Source: Clostridia bacterium (GTDB lineage: Bacteria > Bacillota > Clostridia > Christensenellales > CAG-917). From it: DNA of 41,010 nucleotides. Of this stretch, positions 1-7,638 are shown piece after piece; position 1 is the stretch's first letter, and each line of letters starts with the position of its first letter. A model generated the notes under the pieces. It saw nothing but the letters and a program-made list of their open reading frames with translations. It had not been told where the DNA came from and did no database searches. The stretch lies in NCBI GenBank assembly GCA_045643985.1, contig JAZRGC010000087.1, forward strand, positions 1 to 41,010, in the 5' to 3' direction. Both the position numbers and the translations under genes were made by a program.

Positions 1-262
1 GATAGTCCTCTTTTGTGTCAGGGGTGATGATCTCAACGCCATTGACTGCCCCGTTGAGAGATTTGACAACTTCTGTGATTGTCTTAAGATATTTGTCGTC
101 AATTGTACGTTTTGCAGACATTGTAAGTGCAACAAGGACAAAAGTGTCTTCCACAAAGCAAAGTGGTTCGAGTTTTTCAACCCAAACCTCATAACTTATG
201 GCTTGCATAATTTTTGACAATTCATTTTTGGCGTCTGCCCAAAATTCTTCTTTTCCAATCAT
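1..262 (-). CDS. dnaA: DnaA chromosomal replication initiator, N-terminal fragment (continues beyond left edge)
   Basis: My own minus-strand translation from the ATG at 262 gives MIGKEEFWADAKNELSKIMQAISYEVWVEKLEPLCFVEDTFVLVALTMSAKRTIDDKYLKTITEVVKSLNGAVNGVEIITPDTKEDY. This fits the DnaA domain I pattern (compare B. subtilis [31 protein letters not shown]...). A perfect DnaA box lies just upstream. The ORF is absent from the supplied track because it is open at the window edge. Confidence 0.75.
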   Translation of the reverse strand, partial: MIGKEEFWADAKNELSKIMQAISYEVWVEKLEPLCFVEDTFVLVALTMSAKRTIDDKYLKTITEVVKSLNGAVNGVEIITPDTKEDY

Positions 263-271
263 AGTAGTGAG

Positions 272-300
272 ATTATAACTTATCCACATTTTTAAATCAA
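272..300 (-). promoter_or_regulatory. Putative dnaA promoter with an embedded perfect DnaA box
   Basis: The minus strand reads TTGATT (300-295), 17 nt, TATAAT (277-272). The spacer contains a perfect DnaA box (plus-strand TTATCCACA, 280-288). Only 9 nt separate the -10 hexamer from the dnaA ATG, and no Shine-Dalgarno is visible. Confidence 0.5.
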
Positions 301-436
301 TGTTTTTTGCCACCGAATTACAAAAAAACTATATGTTGTGTCAATAATCATATGCTTTGCATATTGTGACGTTTCATGAAACATTTTGTGGAAAAATCAT
401 GTATCGCAAAGCGATATGATATGAAATCAAAGATTT

Positions 437-883
437 CGTGATATTTCGCTTGCGCTCAGTGAAAGAATGCTTTGCCTTCGTGATAGACACGTAGTGTCGT
501 TATGGTTGAAAAAATTCGCACTCGCTCATTCGTTGGGTTCTCATACAAGCACTTTGTTGTTACGAAGTTACCAACGCGTAAGGAGTGAGCGACGGAATAG
601 CGATTTTTAATCGCGCCGCCACTCATTGCGAGAAAGCGAATACTGAGCACCAGACAAAAGTACGCCAGTCGCTGGTGGTCCACTCAAAATTCACCAAGCG
701 ACAAGTGGCATAATGAGTGGTATATCCTTAATGTGCGCGCGCTGTAAGGAACGAAGTGACGGAATAGCGTATTGCTACGGCACAGCCGTCAATCGCGTCG
801 AGTTGCCCCTTTGCGAGAGCAAATGAGGGGAAACACGTGAGGAAGGGGTGGTTATGCGCTTGATATGTTCGCACTCAGTAATG
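437..883. repeat. Copy 1 of an interspersed ~0.4-kb non-coding element (core inverted relative to copy 2)
   Basis: 437-464 is identical to 31247-31274 (CGTGATATTTCGCTTGCGCTCAGTGAAA). 471-875 aligns as the reverse complement of 31298-31614. The 82-nt block 661-742 differs from 31377-31458 at 2 positions by manual alignment. No ORF is conserved between the copies. Confidence 0.8.
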
Positions 884-950
884 TTTTCAAGGAAGGTGTT
901 TTCACTTCCCTTTTTAGCAATGCACAAAAACGAGAATTTTGGATGAAGAA

Positions 951-1010
951 CAAGAAAAGAAAAAGCCCACGGATAGGAGCGTACTTTTTTGTACGTGACT
1001 ATTCGTGGAC
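951..1010 (-). terminator. Putative rho-independent terminator after dnaN
   Basis: Minus-strand hairpin GTCCACG...CGTAC-AAAAAA-GTACG...CGTGGGC (1010-965), followed by TTTTTCTTTTCTT. Confidence 0.45.
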
Positions 1011-1048
1011 TTGAACTTGACGTAGTTATTCGCCGAAAGGCGAAGTTT

Positions 1049-2149
1049 TTAGCCAATGACACGGAGAGGAAGAATAAGATACAACCAACTATCTTGCTCT
1101 CCCTTGATGATGCCGGGGGCTGTTGATGATGTAAAGTTGAGAGTGATGAATGGATCTTGGATGGCTTTCATACATTCGCTGATATACTTGCTGTTGAAGC
1201 CGATGATGAGATCTTTTCCTTTAAGACCGATGGTGACTTTTTCGTTGATTTCACCTTCTTCACTCTTTGCATTGAGTGAGATTGTGTCTTCCTTGATTTC
1301 CATCTTCACATATGCTTTCTTTTCGGAGCGATTGATGAGCGAAACTCTTTCGATACTGTTTTCAAATTGTTTCTTGTCAATGGTCACTTCTGTTGAGAAA
1401 ACGTTGGGGATGATCTTTTCGTAGTTGATGTAGTCTTCTGCAATGAGTCTTGACACCATCTTTGTGTGGAAAAGGTCGATCATGATATAACTCTTGTCAA
1501 TGTAGATTGTGAGAGTTTCGTTTTCATCATCAAGGAGTGCACTGAGTTCATTCATACTCTTTGCAGGCACAACGATTTTGTCGATGATGCCATTGTTTTG
1601 GATGGGCATCTTTGAAAGTGCAAGACGATATCCGTCTGATGCAACGCCTTCAAGTTCGGTTTCTTTTATGTTGAGGCAAATGCCACGGAGTGAAGGTCTT
1701 GCTTCATCCATTGCAACGTTAAATTTGACCTTGCCAATGAGTTCCTTCAAATCCTTTTTGAGGATGACAAATGAACTTTCCTTTGCAACTTCCTTGAACA
1801 CAGGATATTCATCTGCGCTGAAACAATTGATGTGCACTTCACTGTCAAGATATCTCACTGCAAGTTTGCCACCGGCTGAGCCATCAAGTTCGATTTGTTC
1901 ATCGCCGATACGTTTTGCATAGTCAGCAAAAAGTTTGCCGGGGACAACCACTTCGCCTTCCATAAGAACTTCTGCATTGACTTTCTTTTCGATTGCAAGT
2001 TCAAGGTCTGTTGCGAAGATTGTGACAACATCGCCATATGCGCTGAGTTTGACACATTCAAGGATGGGATTGCTTCTCTTTATAGGCAATGCTCTGACAA
2101 CTTTTTGAAGTGCATCGCCGAGTTCGTTTCCGTTCAAAATAACTTTCAT
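1049..2149 (-). CDS. dnaN: DNA polymerase III beta sliding clamp
   Basis: 366-aa ORF of typical clamp length with three-domain layout. The C-terminal ...LYLILPLRVIG resembles the conserved clamp C-terminus. Confidence 0.95.
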   Translation of the reverse strand: MKVILNGNELGDALQKVVRALPIKRSNPILECVKLSAYGDVVTIFATDLELAIEKKVNAEVLMEGEVVVPGKLFADYAKRIGDEQIELDGSAGGKLAVRYLDSEVHINCFSADEYPVFKEVAKESSFVILKKDLKELIGKVKFNVAMDEARPSLRGICLNIKETELEGVASDGYRLALSKMPIQNNGIIDKIVVPAKSMNELSALLDDENETLTIYIDKSYIMIDLFHTKMVSRLIAEDYINYEKIIPNVFSTEVTIDKKQFENSIERVSLINRSEKKAYVKMEIKEDTISLNAKSEEGEINEKVTIGLKGKDLIIGFNSKYISECMKAIQDPFITLNFTSSTAPGIIKGEQDSWLYLILPLRVIG

Positions 2150-2160
2150 TTTTTCGCCTA

Positions 2161-2388
2161 TTAGAATTTAATTTTTTATTTTTAATTATTATACCATAAA
2201 TAAGCAATGTTGACAAGTGGAAAAGTCAACAAATACCCCAAAACAAGACTTTTTTTTTCATCAAAAACCCCATTAAATAGCCTAAAAATAGCCAATAAAA
2301 CAATGTGGAAAATGTTGACAACTTTTGTTGACAACCCACAAATTATCCCCATTTTGAAAAAACTTATCCCCACACCTCCTGTGGACAA
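2161..2388. promoter_or_regulatory. AT-rich tract, DnaA-box-like cluster and TGTTGACAA repeats in the divergent dnaN-parB intergenic region
   Basis: 2161-2205 is AT-rich. One-mismatch DnaA boxes are TGTGGAAAA 2304-2312, TTATCCCCA 2343-2351, TTATCCCCA 2364-2372 and TGTGGACAA 2380-2388. TGTTGACAA-type repeats lie at 2208-2216, 2225-2233 (inverted), 2313-2322 and 2326-2335. parS half-sites are GTGAAACA 2438-2445 and GTGAAACC 2451-2458. Confidence 0.5.
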
Positions 2389-2527
2389 GACAAAATCATT
2401 GATTTTCTTTTTACATTTTCGGTAAAAAATAAAAAATGTGAAACAAAAGCGTGAAACCTATTGCCCAAGAAGAAATTTTGTGCTATTTTATAAATATAAA
2501 AGAATTTTTGCGTGCAGGAGATAGATT

Positions 2528-3403
2528 ATGGCAAAAGAAACAGCAAAACTCAATGCCCTTTACACTGACAACGAAGAAAACGTCAAGGTTGACCTTGCTG
2601 GTGTAAATGCAATTGATGTTGACATCACTCTCATCGACAGAAACCCCGACCAACCAAGAAAGGTTTTCAACGAAGAAGCACTCCGTGAAATGTCCAATTC
2701 TATTGCAACATACGGCGTTCTTCAACCCCTTCTCGTCACTGAAAACAATGGCAGATATCTCATCATCGCCGGCGAAAGACGTTTTAGAGCCGCATATATG
2801 GCAGGGCTCAAACGTGTGCCTGTCATCATAAGAGAGCTCACCAATCAACAAATCCAAGAAATCGCCCTTATTGAAAACTTGCACCGTGAAGATCTCAATG
2901 CAATCGAAGCAGCAGAAGGCATGAGAGAACTTATGGAAAACCATGGGCTCACACAAGAAGCCGTGGCAACACGTATTGGCAAATCACGTCCATACGTCAC
3001 CAACACACTCCGTCTTTTGCAACTCCCCAAGGAAGTCACCGATCTTGTCAAGGAAGGACATCTCTCCCCCGGTCATGCAAGAGCACTCATTTCAATCGAC
3101 AACAAGGACTATCTTGTCCAACTTGCCAACCAAGCAGTTGCAAGCAGACTCTCTGTCCGTGAACTTGAAACAAAAGTGCGCTTGTACTTTACAAGAAAGT
3201 CAATCCCCACAGGACCAAGAAAGCAACCATTGCCCATCGAACTCAAAGAAATGGTCAGCGATATGAAGCGTGTCTTTGCAACCAAAGTTAGAATTGCAGG
3301 CAATGATACAAAAGGCAGAATTTATATCGACTACTTCAACAAAGACGATCTTGACAGAATCCACGAAATCGTCCAAAAACTTAAATACGACGAAAAACTC
3401 TAA
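2528..3403 (+). CDS. parB: ParB/Spo0J-family chromosome partitioning protein (no adjacent parA)
   Basis: 291 aa with the ParB box LIIAGERRFRAA, a helix-turn-helix region (LTQEAVATRIGKSRPYVTNTLRLL) and an AGGAG Shine-Dalgarno 8 nt upstream. Confidence 0.9.
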   Translation: MAKETAKLNALYTDNEENVKVDLAGVNAIDVDITLIDRNPDQPRKVFNEEALREMSNSIATYGVLQPLLVTENNGRYLIIAGERRFRAAYMAGLKRVPVIIRELTNQQIQEIALIENLHREDLNAIEAAEGMRELMENHGLTQEAVATRIGKSRPYVTNTLRLLQLPKEVTDLVKEGHLSPGHARALISIDNKDYLVQLANQAVASRLSVRELETKVRLYFTRKSIPTGPRKQPLPIELKEMVSDMKRVFATKVRIAGNDTKGRIYIDYFNKDDLDRIHEIVQKLKYDEKL

Positions 3404-3421
3404 AATTCAACAATACAAAAA

Positions 3422-3450
3422 AGCCCCACAAATCGTGGGGCTTTCTTTCG
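3422..3450 (+). terminator. Rho-independent terminator after parB
   Basis: AGCCCCAC (3422-3429), loop AAATC, GTGGGGCT (3435-3442), then TTCTTTCG. Confidence 0.65.
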
Positions 3451-3490
3451 TCAAATTTTGGAAAACCATTCACCAAGATGCCATATTCAC

Positions 3491-3527
3491 AAAAAAAATA
3501 ACGGCTGATTTCTCAACCGTTTTTTCT
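3491..3527 (-). terminator. Rho-independent terminator after rsmG
   Basis: AACGG (3500-3504) pairs with CCGTT (3517-3521). The minus strand follows it with a T8 run (plus-strand A-run 3491-3499). Confidence 0.55.
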
Positions 3528-3531
3528 TCTT

Positions 3532-4230
3532 TTACAATGGTCTTTTTTTGATTTGACCATATTGTCTTGGATATTGTTTTGGGGTTGGTGCAACCTTTTC
3601 AAACACCAATATTGAACGTCTATCTCCATTTGGCAAATTGAATGAAAACGTGTTTTTTAACACCATATTGAGTGTTTTAACTGCCGTTTGTGACATTTCA
3701 ATCTCGCTTTCATCTGTCTTGTATGCTATCATCAAGCCTCCAACTTTGATGAGGGGGGAGCATATTTCAAGAAGAATGGGGAGTGCTGACACTGCCCTTG
3801 CTGTGACCACGTCAAACGTGCCAAACAAATCCTTCATTTCCTCTGCTCTGCCCACTACGGTTTTGAGATTTTTGACGCCAAGGAAACGTGCTGTGCCACC
3901 AACAAAATTCATCTTTTTTGCCGTGCTGTCAAGGGCTGTCACATCAACGTCTTTTCTTGATGCAGCAATGGGGAATGACGGAAATCCACCACCACTGCCC
4001 ACATCGATGAGTTTTGCGCCTTCTGGGATAAATCCAACCCCTGCAAGCGAATCGATGAAATGTTTGACAACAAACTCGTCCTTGCCTGTGATTGCAGTGA
4101 GATTAAACTCCTTGTTGGCTTCTACAACGGCATCGTAGTAGGCTTCAAGAGTGTCAACACTATCTTCATCAAGAGAAAGGTTGAAAAGGTTTTGTGCGCT
4201 TTCAGTCAGCAAAATTCTGTTGATTGACAT
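3532..4230 (-). CDS. rsmG: 16S rRNA (guanine527-N7)-methyltransferase RsmG/GidB
   Basis: 232 aa with SAM-binding motif LIDVGSGGGFPSFPIA and a typical RsmG N-terminal region (FNLTAI...HFIDSL). Confidence 0.9.
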   Translation of the reverse strand: MSINRILLTESAQNLFNLSLDEDSVDTLEAYYDAVVEANKEFNLTAITGKDEFVVKHFIDSLAGVGFIPEGAKLIDVGSGGGFPSFPIAASRKDVDVTALDSTAKKMNFVGGTARFLGVKNLKTVVGRAEEMKDLFGTFDVVTARAVSALPILLEICSPLIKVGGLMIAYKTDESEIEMSQTAVKTLNMVLKNTFSFNLPNGDRRSILVFEKVAPTPKQYPRQYGQIKKRPL

Positions 4231-4414
4231 ATTTTCCTCGTTTGGTTTTTGTTACAACTATAATAGCACAAATTTCAACACTTGCAACACACTTTGGACA
4301 AATTCTTTCCTTATTCTCCATATATTCATTTTTTAAATTGATGAAAAACATATCACATTAATTCACTGCTTGCAAAAAACGACACAATCGTGTAAAATAT
4401 TTTCGGAGGCAATT

Positions 4415-5107
4415 ATGAAAATAGGCATCATAACTGCAATGGCAGACGAAACAACACCCTTGTATCAAAAGATGGGCAAGGCAACAGGCGAAATCAAGGT
4501 GGCAGGTGTCACTGTTTTCAAGTACGATATTGACGGCAATAAGATCTTTCTCGTACGCTCAGGCGTTGGCGAGATACGTGCCGCAATGACATTCCAACTT
4601 CTTGTTGACAAATTCGACGTTGACGCAGTGCTCAACTTTGGCTTTGTCGGCTCACTTGACAATCGCTTTGACGTAGGCGATCTTGTCCTTGCCGAAAAGG
4701 TTGTCCACTATCAATTTGACACAAGCGCAATTGACAACGTTCCTGCCGGTCAATATGACGGCAACGATAGCATCTATTTCAACACCGACAAACAACTTAT
4801 GGACAAAGTTCAAAATCAACTTGACACCAAACTGCCTCAAGTTGTTGTGGCATCCGGAGATAAGTTTGTTGCATCAAAGGAAGACAAAAACTATCTTCGC
4901 ACTCTTGGCGCAGAAATTTGTGAAATGGAATGTGCAGGTCTTGTCATCGCCTCAGTGCGAAACAATGTGCCATTGCTTTCAATCAAGGTCATATCCGACA
5001 AGGCAGATGAAAGTGCCGATGTTTCCTTTGCAGAAGTTGTAAAAAAGGGATTGACACGATATGAGCAAATCTTCCCTTCCGTGCTCAAAGCCGTCTGCAA
5101 CAACTGA
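4415..5107 (+). CDS. mtnN: 5'-methylthioadenosine/S-adenosylhomocysteine nucleosidase
   Basis: The start is moved to the ATG at 4415 (MKIGIITAMADE...) with a GGAGG Shine-Dalgarno 6 nt upstream. Pfs/MtnN motifs are GIITAM..E, SGVGEIRAA and EMECAG. Confidence 0.85.
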   Translation: MKIGIITAMADETTPLYQKMGKATGEIKVAGVTVFKYDIDGNKIFLVRSGVGEIRAAMTFQLLVDKFDVDAVLNFGFVGSLDNRFDVGDLVLAEKVVHYQFDTSAIDNVPAGQYDGNDSIYFNTDKQLMDKVQNQLDTKLPQVVVASGDKFVASKEDKNYLRTLGAEICEMECAGLVIASVRNNVPLLSIKVISDKADESADVSFAEVVKKGLTRYEQIFPSVLKAVCNN

Positions 5108-5231
5108 TCAAAACAAATAAATCAAGCCAACAGGCATATTTGAAACCAACCAAATCTATCCTAGCCAAAGAAATTCAACCACAAACAGGTAAAAATAGGC
5201 AAGGATAAGTATAATAACATAAAGGAAAATT

Positions 5232-5260
5232 CATAACTATATACTTTGTATATAGTTATG
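5232..5260. promoter_or_regulatory. Perfect 13+13-bp inverted repeat immediately upstream of luxS
   Basis: CATAACTATATAC-TTT-GTATATAGTTATG, with arms exactly complementary. It ends 10 nt before the luxS ATG. Confidence 0.6.
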
Positions 5261-5269
5261 CAGTCAAAA

Positions 5270-5698
5270 ATGGAAAGGATCACCTCATTTTGCATCGACC
5301 ACAATATTCTCACCGAAGGCATATATCTCAACCGTGTAGATAAAGACGTATTCACCTATGATCTTCGCTTCAAAGCACCCAACAAAGGGGATTATTTGCA
5401 TACTGCAAGCATGCACACAATCGAACATTTGTTTGCAACAGTAGTGAGAAACAGTGATTTCAAGGACCAAGTTGTCTATTTTGGACCTATGGGATGTCGC
5501 ACAGGCTTCTATTTGCTCCTTTTTGATGCACCTGACGTGAACAAAGTGAAGGAAATGGTCATCGGTTGCCTTGAAAAATGCCTGCAACTCGACACAATCC
5601 CTGGCTCAAAGAAGATTGAATGTGGCAATTATCGCTCTCACAACCTTAAAAATGCCAAGGAAGAAATCGAAAAATATCTATCCATCCTAAAAGCCTAA
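5270..5698 (+). CDS. luxS: S-ribosylhomocysteine lyase (AI-2 synthase) LuxS
   Basis: MERITSFCIDHN... aligns with B. subtilis LuxS MPSVESFELDHN.... The metal-binding HTIEH motif and GCRTG are present. The start is chosen by that alignment; in-frame ATG 5258 and TTG 5246 are alternatives. Confidence 0.88.
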   Translation: MERITSFCIDHNILTEGIYLNRVDKDVFTYDLRFKAPNKGDYLHTASMHTIEHLFATVVRNSDFKDQVVYFGPMGCRTGFYLLLFDAPDVNKVKEMVIGCLEKCLQLDTIPGSKKIECGNYRSHNLKNAKEEIEKYLSILKA

Positions 5699-5859
5699 AA
5701 TATAATAAAAATCGGCTAAAATAGCCAAAAAACATAAAAAAACAAGGCAAATCAAGCCAAACAAGCGACAATCTATAAAAGCGCAAACCAACAAAAACAA
5801 ACCAACATAAGCGAAAAAAAAACAGCATCCAATTAAAAACAAACCAAAACCAAATTACC

Positions 5860-5888
5860 AAGTCAGGCACGAAGCTTGACTTTTTTAT
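5860..5888 (+). terminator. Rho-independent terminator 165 nt downstream of the luxS stop
   Basis: AAGTCAGG (5860-5867), CACGAA, GCTTGACTT (5874-5881), followed by TTTTTAT. Confidence 0.55.
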
Positions 5889-6326
5889 ATCCCAAAAACA
5901 ACCAAAATATAATAAAAACACCCTAAAAACAGTGGTTTATTATGATTTTCTATAATATTTTCATTGATTTTTCTATATTTCCCCATTTTTCAAACAATAG
6001 AAAAATTTCAAATTCCTGTCAAAACCAATTCCCTGAAAGACGATACTTTACTCATCAAATCCAAAATTAAAACAACAGAAAAACCATATCCTTGACATAA
6101 CAGCCAACAATTCCTTCAACCTGCAAGCAGCAGGCATGGTTGGTGCTGCCGAACCAAATCTACCCCAACTTCATCAAAACCCCTAGCATTGCACTTATCA
6201 TCTCATCCACATCCAACCCTTTGTCGCAATAATGAAGTTATGGCAATAAAAAACGGTAATAAAACTGCATAAATCACTGTCAATGTCAAAGTTTTTCTAT
6301 GATTCGCGAAACAAAAAATATAGAAA

Positions 6327-6342
6327 TGTTTCACGTAAAACA
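6327..6342. promoter_or_regulatory. parS site, 1 mismatch to the palindromic consensus
   Basis: TGTTTCACGTAAAACA versus TGTTTCACGTGAAACA. Confidence 0.6.
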
Positions 6343-7589
6343 TTACCCTATTATTTATAATAATCGGCAAATATAAATTGGTAGTTTCCTGCTCAAATGA
6401 TCGTTTTATATCGTTTGTGCCGAAAGGGATAAACTAAATCGCTCGCCAAGAAATAGGACGGTTGCACGGTGTGTTTGTTGACTATCAAACATGTATAGTG
6501 CTTTGATTGATTGTTGGTTGGGGTATTTTGATGCTTGTGTTTGTATTTGTGCTTGCCGAATTTCCCAAAACTACTTGCCTGTTGTTTGCAGTATGTCTAG
6601 GTGTGTTCATTGCTCCGTTTTGTTCTTTGCAAAAACAACAGAAAACTAAAAATTTCATAGAAACGATTTTTATCAAAAATTTCAATTTCTGTCTTTTTCA
6701 AGATTGACAGCTCAACATCAATCATCACTCCTGCTTTTACCCCTGAACGTTTGGTTGCAATTTACACAAAATCAAACGCTGTCATTTTAATACAGAACAA
6801 CTGCATTATGACTGCAATCTACCTAAAACATGTGCCAACGTGTGCCATAAACTCCTGCTTGTTTTACTCTCAAATTCATTGCAAAAACTAATGAAATCAT
6901 CCTTTTTGAATGTGCTACGGCACGAGTCAAATAGACAAACAAACATGGCGCAAGCATGCACAACCACAGCAGGCATACATACGCATGCATTATACACATG
7001 TAATCGCACATATATTGCGCGCTATAGCGCTTACGAGTAGCGTGAGTGTGTTGGCATGTTATGGGTGCAAATATGCGCAACTGAAAACCGATTGGATAAA
7101 TAAAAACCCGAGAAAAAGATTTTAGGGCGCAAACAAGAGTGTAAAACGAAATAAATAATGCGCTAAAAAGGCGTAAGACGCAGGAAAAATCCAAAGATGA
7201 ATAAGCGGGTGAAAAACAGTCTAAAACGCAGTAAAACGGCTCAAAATCGCTCAAAACACCATATCAACCAATATTTAAGGGGATGAAAATGCAAAACTCG
7301 ATCTAAAACAACCCTAAAACAGTCAAAAACCAATCTAAAACAAACAAAAAGAATGTGGGGTTCTGGGTATATGTGGGCAATGGAGTGCTTAGGCGGTGGA
7401 ATTAGTGTGCAAATCAAGCAGACAATAAGCGAAAAAAGAGAAATAAGGCGAGAAAAAACAATCCAAAAAGGGCAAAATATGGGCAAAAATACGGAAGAAA
7501 CGGTGGTGTAAACCATAAGTGATGAAAATCAGGACGAAAGAAGCCGAAATACAAGGGTGAATATGGGCGAAAAGTAGTCAAAAAACATA

Positions 7590-7605
7590 TGTTTCACGTG
7601 GAACA
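7590..7605. promoter_or_regulatory. parS site, exact match to B. subtilis parS
   Basis: TGTTTCACGTGGAACA is the reverse complement of TGTTCCACGTGAAACA (Spo0J/ParB binding site, consensus TGTTNCACGTGAAACA). Confidence 0.85.
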
Positions 7606-7622
7606 ATGAGAGAATGAGTGTG

Positions 7623-7638
7623 TGTTTCATGTGAAACC
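7623..7638. promoter_or_regulatory. parS-like site, 2 mismatches
   Basis: TGTTTCATGTGAAACC, starting 18 nt after the exact site ends. Confidence 0.45.

Noticed and set aside
437-883. The idea that the repeat core is a site-specific invertible switch (inverton), because the same 28-mer is followed by the core in opposite orientations at the two loci
   Set aside because: The sequences bounding the core are not clean inverted repeats. In copy 1 the 28-mer and its relative at 863-883 are direct repeats. No recombinase or invertase gene is in the window. The two orientations are seen at two different loci, not as isomers of one locus. This stays unresolved and is not claimed.
456-1062. Track ORFs 456-683(-) and 775-1062(-), and 31347-31568(-) and 31451-31672(-), overlapping the interspersed repeat
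   Set aside because: After allowing for the inverted orientation, the ORFs fall on non-equivalent strands and frames in the two copies. Stop codons interrupt every frame of the best-conserved 82-nt block on the strand read as the plus strand of copy 2. The element is therefore treated as non-coding.
6507-6707. 66-aa hydrophobic ORF (possible small two-TM membrane peptide)
   Set aside because: It starts at a TTG with no Shine-Dalgarno and is mirrored by an antisense ORF of the same size (6485-6685). Nothing supports it beyond hydrophobicity from T/G-rich sequence.
6823-7254. 143-aa minus-strand ORF, with overlapping 6806-7009 and 6840-7125 ORFs
   Set aside because: The ORFs overlap one another in several frames, the sequence is Cys/Phe/Leu-rich with no domain pattern, and there is no RBS. 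This is typical of spurious ORFs in non-coding DNA.
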